Assembly: GCA_035221665.1 (NCBI GenBank) | Contig: CM069143.1 | Location: 20,646,001 to 20,710,000, forward strand | From: Okamejei kenojei | Taxonomy: Eukaryota | Direction of reading: 5' to 3' | DNA length: 64,000 nt | Shown here: positions 60,859 through 64,000 of the stretch, one piece after another | Layout of the letters: each line of letters starts with the position of its first letter | How positions within the stretch are numbered: position 1 is the first letter of the stretch | The notes under the pieces: generated by a model | Told to the model about the DNA's origin: nothing | The model's input: the letters and a program-made list of their open reading frames with translations, nothing else | Database searches by the model: none | Position numbers and translations under genes: made by a program

Positions 60859-62002
60859 AAAACCCTGGTTGCATGATGCCTTGGTGAAGCATCATTAATT
60901 CACCCTCCTGCTCGCTGCCCACAGCCTCCCCACAGGTTACAGAATGCAGTCAAATTGCTTGCCTGCAACTAATGGGTCAATTGATTGACCAATTGGAAGC
61001 AACAGGATTTGTTTAAATGGACTCATTCTTTTCAAGGACAAATGTTCGGGGTAGAAAAGAAAAAAAAATCTAGGACAGTAAGTATCCCGAAAAAACATAT
61101 TTAATTTTAAAATATTGAACGATCTTCTGCCAACTAATTTAAATCGGCATGACTCCGAGCTTCAAGCCTGTTATTTCTGTTCACCACCCTTGGATTTAAT
61201 TCCCTGAGTTACACACTTTACAATTTTCTTTGCTGCCCCTACCAGATTTTACTCCATTAGCACTGGTGAAGATTGGCAGGGAGTGTTCTAATTTATTTCT
61301 TTCAGTATATCTTCCCTATCATACTTTCTCAAACTCCCTTTCGATATGTGTTTTTTCATAGTAAGTTTCACTCGAATATCCAGACCAGAGGAAGCCTCTT
61401 TCAAAAAATATTTTTGTTCCCTTCAGGATGATGCTTTAGAATCTTGGAATTTTTTTATCCTTCGATGAGCCAACCAAAAATGTGAGAGAAATTAGCAATC
61501 AAATTCTGCAACGTCAGGATTATAGCAAAACAATAATGAAAAGTGTGACTTGCCTTTTAATAAGATGTTGTCTGCTGTTTACGTAACTTGACTCGATGGA
61601 GTAATTTTCTGACTGAAGATAAAAAAGAGTGGCATAAAAATAATATCATTCCACTTGGAGATCATGCTTACAATCAGCAGGACATTTTACGTCCATCATA
61701 GCATTCAAAGAAAATATATCCTCTTTCCTTGATGAAGCACTACAGATAAAATTCACCTGGTGCTTAATCCCTTCAGTTCATCTTCAATGGAATGCCAGTG
61801 CGATTTTATACTTTCAGATAAGCTCTTTGAGGTCAGCAAACTTGTGGTTCATTTCTAGTGTCGGAAGAAATTTGTATGCAGCACAATGTTCTCTAAAAGT
61901 TGATTTTTGCTTAGGCACTTATTGTGATATCGAAACAACTTCAGTATACACCAGCATGTCAGATGCACACCTACACACCGTGGGTTTCACAAATGGAGGA
62001 AT

Positions 62003-62255
62003 TTGGGTTTAAGCTGAAAGGGGAAAGATTTAATAGGAACCCGAGGAGTACCATTTGCACACATGGTTGGCTCTATGGAACAAGCTGCTAGAGTAGGTAG
62101 TTGAGACGAGTACTATAACAACATTTAAAAGACATTAGAGACAGGTACATGAATAGGAAATGTTTAGAGGGATATGGGTGGTGGGGGTACTAGTGTAGAT
62201 GGGGCATCTTGGTCAAGTTGGGCAGAAGGGCCTGTTTCCCAGCTATATGAGTCTC
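62003..62255 (+). mobile_element. CR1 LINE 3' end
   Basis: aaggggaaagatttaataggaacc...gacaggtacatgaataggaaa...gaagggcctgtttcc. Confidence 0.75.
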
Positions 62256-63325
62256 TCAGAAAACAACCCGAAACATTAATCTATTTTCCTTACAAGCATT
62301 TCTTGACCTGGTGAACATTTATATTTTATAGCATTTATATTCTCAGCCTATTTTATGTTTTACTTTCCTAAATATGAATCTATATTCTGTTTATCTTTCT
62401 AAATATGTATTTTGATATTGATCTCTGGTGTATAATCATGACATTCAGAAAACATATTGGAAGTAAAAATTAGAATCACAGTTGTAAAAAAAGCATGGGG
62501 GAGGTTGGGGAAATTCATGTCCGGGGTATCTAGCTCCCAGCTGAAAAAAGCTGATGCTGAGGCATTACTTCCTGCTTCACTCTCCAGATTAAGGAGCAAT
62601 TGAGTCAACGTCAGCACGAATCACATTCCTAACCATGTACAGTGCAATTGCCCAATTTGCTAAGATGGGAGTAAGTTAAAGGCAACAACCAGTTATAATA
62701 CACGTAATACATCACACACTTTCTGTTGAGGCACAAAGGGTTAGGAGCACTTGGACCATCTAAGCCATTCACAAAAATCATTAACTGGAGGAGGAAGAAA
62801 AATAATGGGGAAAATAATTAACCTGAAATATCTGTTTACTGATCAGATGTCACTTTACTGCACCCAGCAGAGATGCCCATTGTCCCTGAGCTCTTCGGCA
62901 AGAATGCTAACAGCATTCTGCAGCAAATAACTTAATTTCCCTTTGCATACACCCATTACCTTAGGTATTCCCACATTCTCATTCTTGCACATCCTCCCAT
63001 TATCCATTGTGCAGTTTTTCTGCATTCATTCTGCCTCAAACCTGATTTGCTTATTTGCTGCTATCCTCCCCATGCACAATTGTATTTTCACTACTGTCTA
63101 GTTCAGGGATTGAAGCAGCCTTCTTTCCTAAGGTGTTAAAAATTGCTTCTCCCAACCGCTGGGAGTCTCCACACTTTTCCCTCCTCTGTTGCTGATTCCC
63201 CCAAAGAAATGCCAGGTAAGCTAACATCATTTGAAGTTCCTCATTTTAATGTTTATGTCATTTAATGACATATTAAGCTTCTGCATGATATTAATTCTTA
63301 ATAAAGCTGATTTTGTGATATTTCT

Positions 63326-63367
63326 TCTATATATTACTAAAACTCTCATCTTGTTTTTTTCTATGCA

Positions 63368-63398
<31 letters not shown>

Positions 63399-63859
63399 AC
63401 ATATCTGCCCATGTGATCCCGGAACTACGCCAAAACGATACATGGCAGCACTACAATTTTTGGACCACCTTACTCACAATTGTCCTGTGGTCTGGTGTAT
63501 CAAGTTTTGTTCAGATTGGTGTTTTAGTTTGCAAGTTATTCACATTTTCAACTTTACAAAACCCCACTTTATGAAAAATGACTTGAAGTTGCAGTGGCAG
63601 TTAATGATATGACATCACAATAGGATCTCATTTACATAAACTGCCCAGCAGCAATGCTCCTGCACAGTTGGGGGCTATGGGTAAGTGGTGGAATATTGCG
63701 TTGGGGGAACGAGTTGCATTGGGGGAACAGGTGAGTGATGGAAATGGGTTGCGTTAGGGGCTATGGGTGAGTGGTGGAATATTCCGTTGTGGGAACGGGT
63801 TGCGTTGGGGGACCAGATCTCCCGTCTGACAGGGACCCAACGGGTCCCACTTGGTCTAG
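63326..63859 (+). mobile_element. Non-autonomous Helitron
   Basis: 5' TCTATATATTACTAAAAC and 3' hairpin GGGACCC-AAC-GGGTCCC (63832-63848), then CTAG|T. No TSD. Contains (TG)n at 63368-63394 and short internal repeats. Confidence 0.85.
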
Positions 63860-64000
63860 TTATATTTTAATAATGTTCTTTACTCAAACATTTTAGAATT
63901 CAAAAGAAAAGGATATATTCAATAATGTACAATTTTCTGCTGTACACCCATTTTATGATTGTAATGGTAATGCAATGGAGAATGTTGATGTGACTATTAG

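Overview
Eukaryotic, repeat-rich vertebrate DNA. The repeat complement (HE1/V-SINEs with (TAAAC)n tails, CR1 LINEs, a DeuSINE, Penelope-derived elements) points to a cartilaginous fish, probably a skate or ray (inference). The only clear host coding sequence is one 173-bp minus-strand exon at 54834-55006 encoding the CM1 motif of protocadherin-19 (PCDH19). The ORF track misses it, and the rest of the window is most likely PCDH19 intron. Four co-oriented DIRS tyrosine-recombinase retrotransposons of three subfamilies dominate the window (2570-7465, 16137-21605, 28761-34809, 37211-45297). Each has ITRs, an ICR and ATT junctions, all lie antisense to PCDH19, and all are coding-defective. Nested in them are a U2 snRNA fragment, a solo LTR, a Harbinger MITE and an L1. 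Also present: a Tc1 element, three more Harbinger MITEs, a Helitron, a Crypton-like element, a fold-back MITE and many LINE/SINE fragments. Most notable observations: two different DIRS subfamilies share an identical 27-bp right flank; DIRS leaders carry conserved tandem splice donors plus a nearby acceptor; one DIRS has perfect termini but a ruined interior; and a U2 fragment is captured at a microhomology. All coordinates and alignments were read by eye and family names come from recalled consensus features, not database searches.
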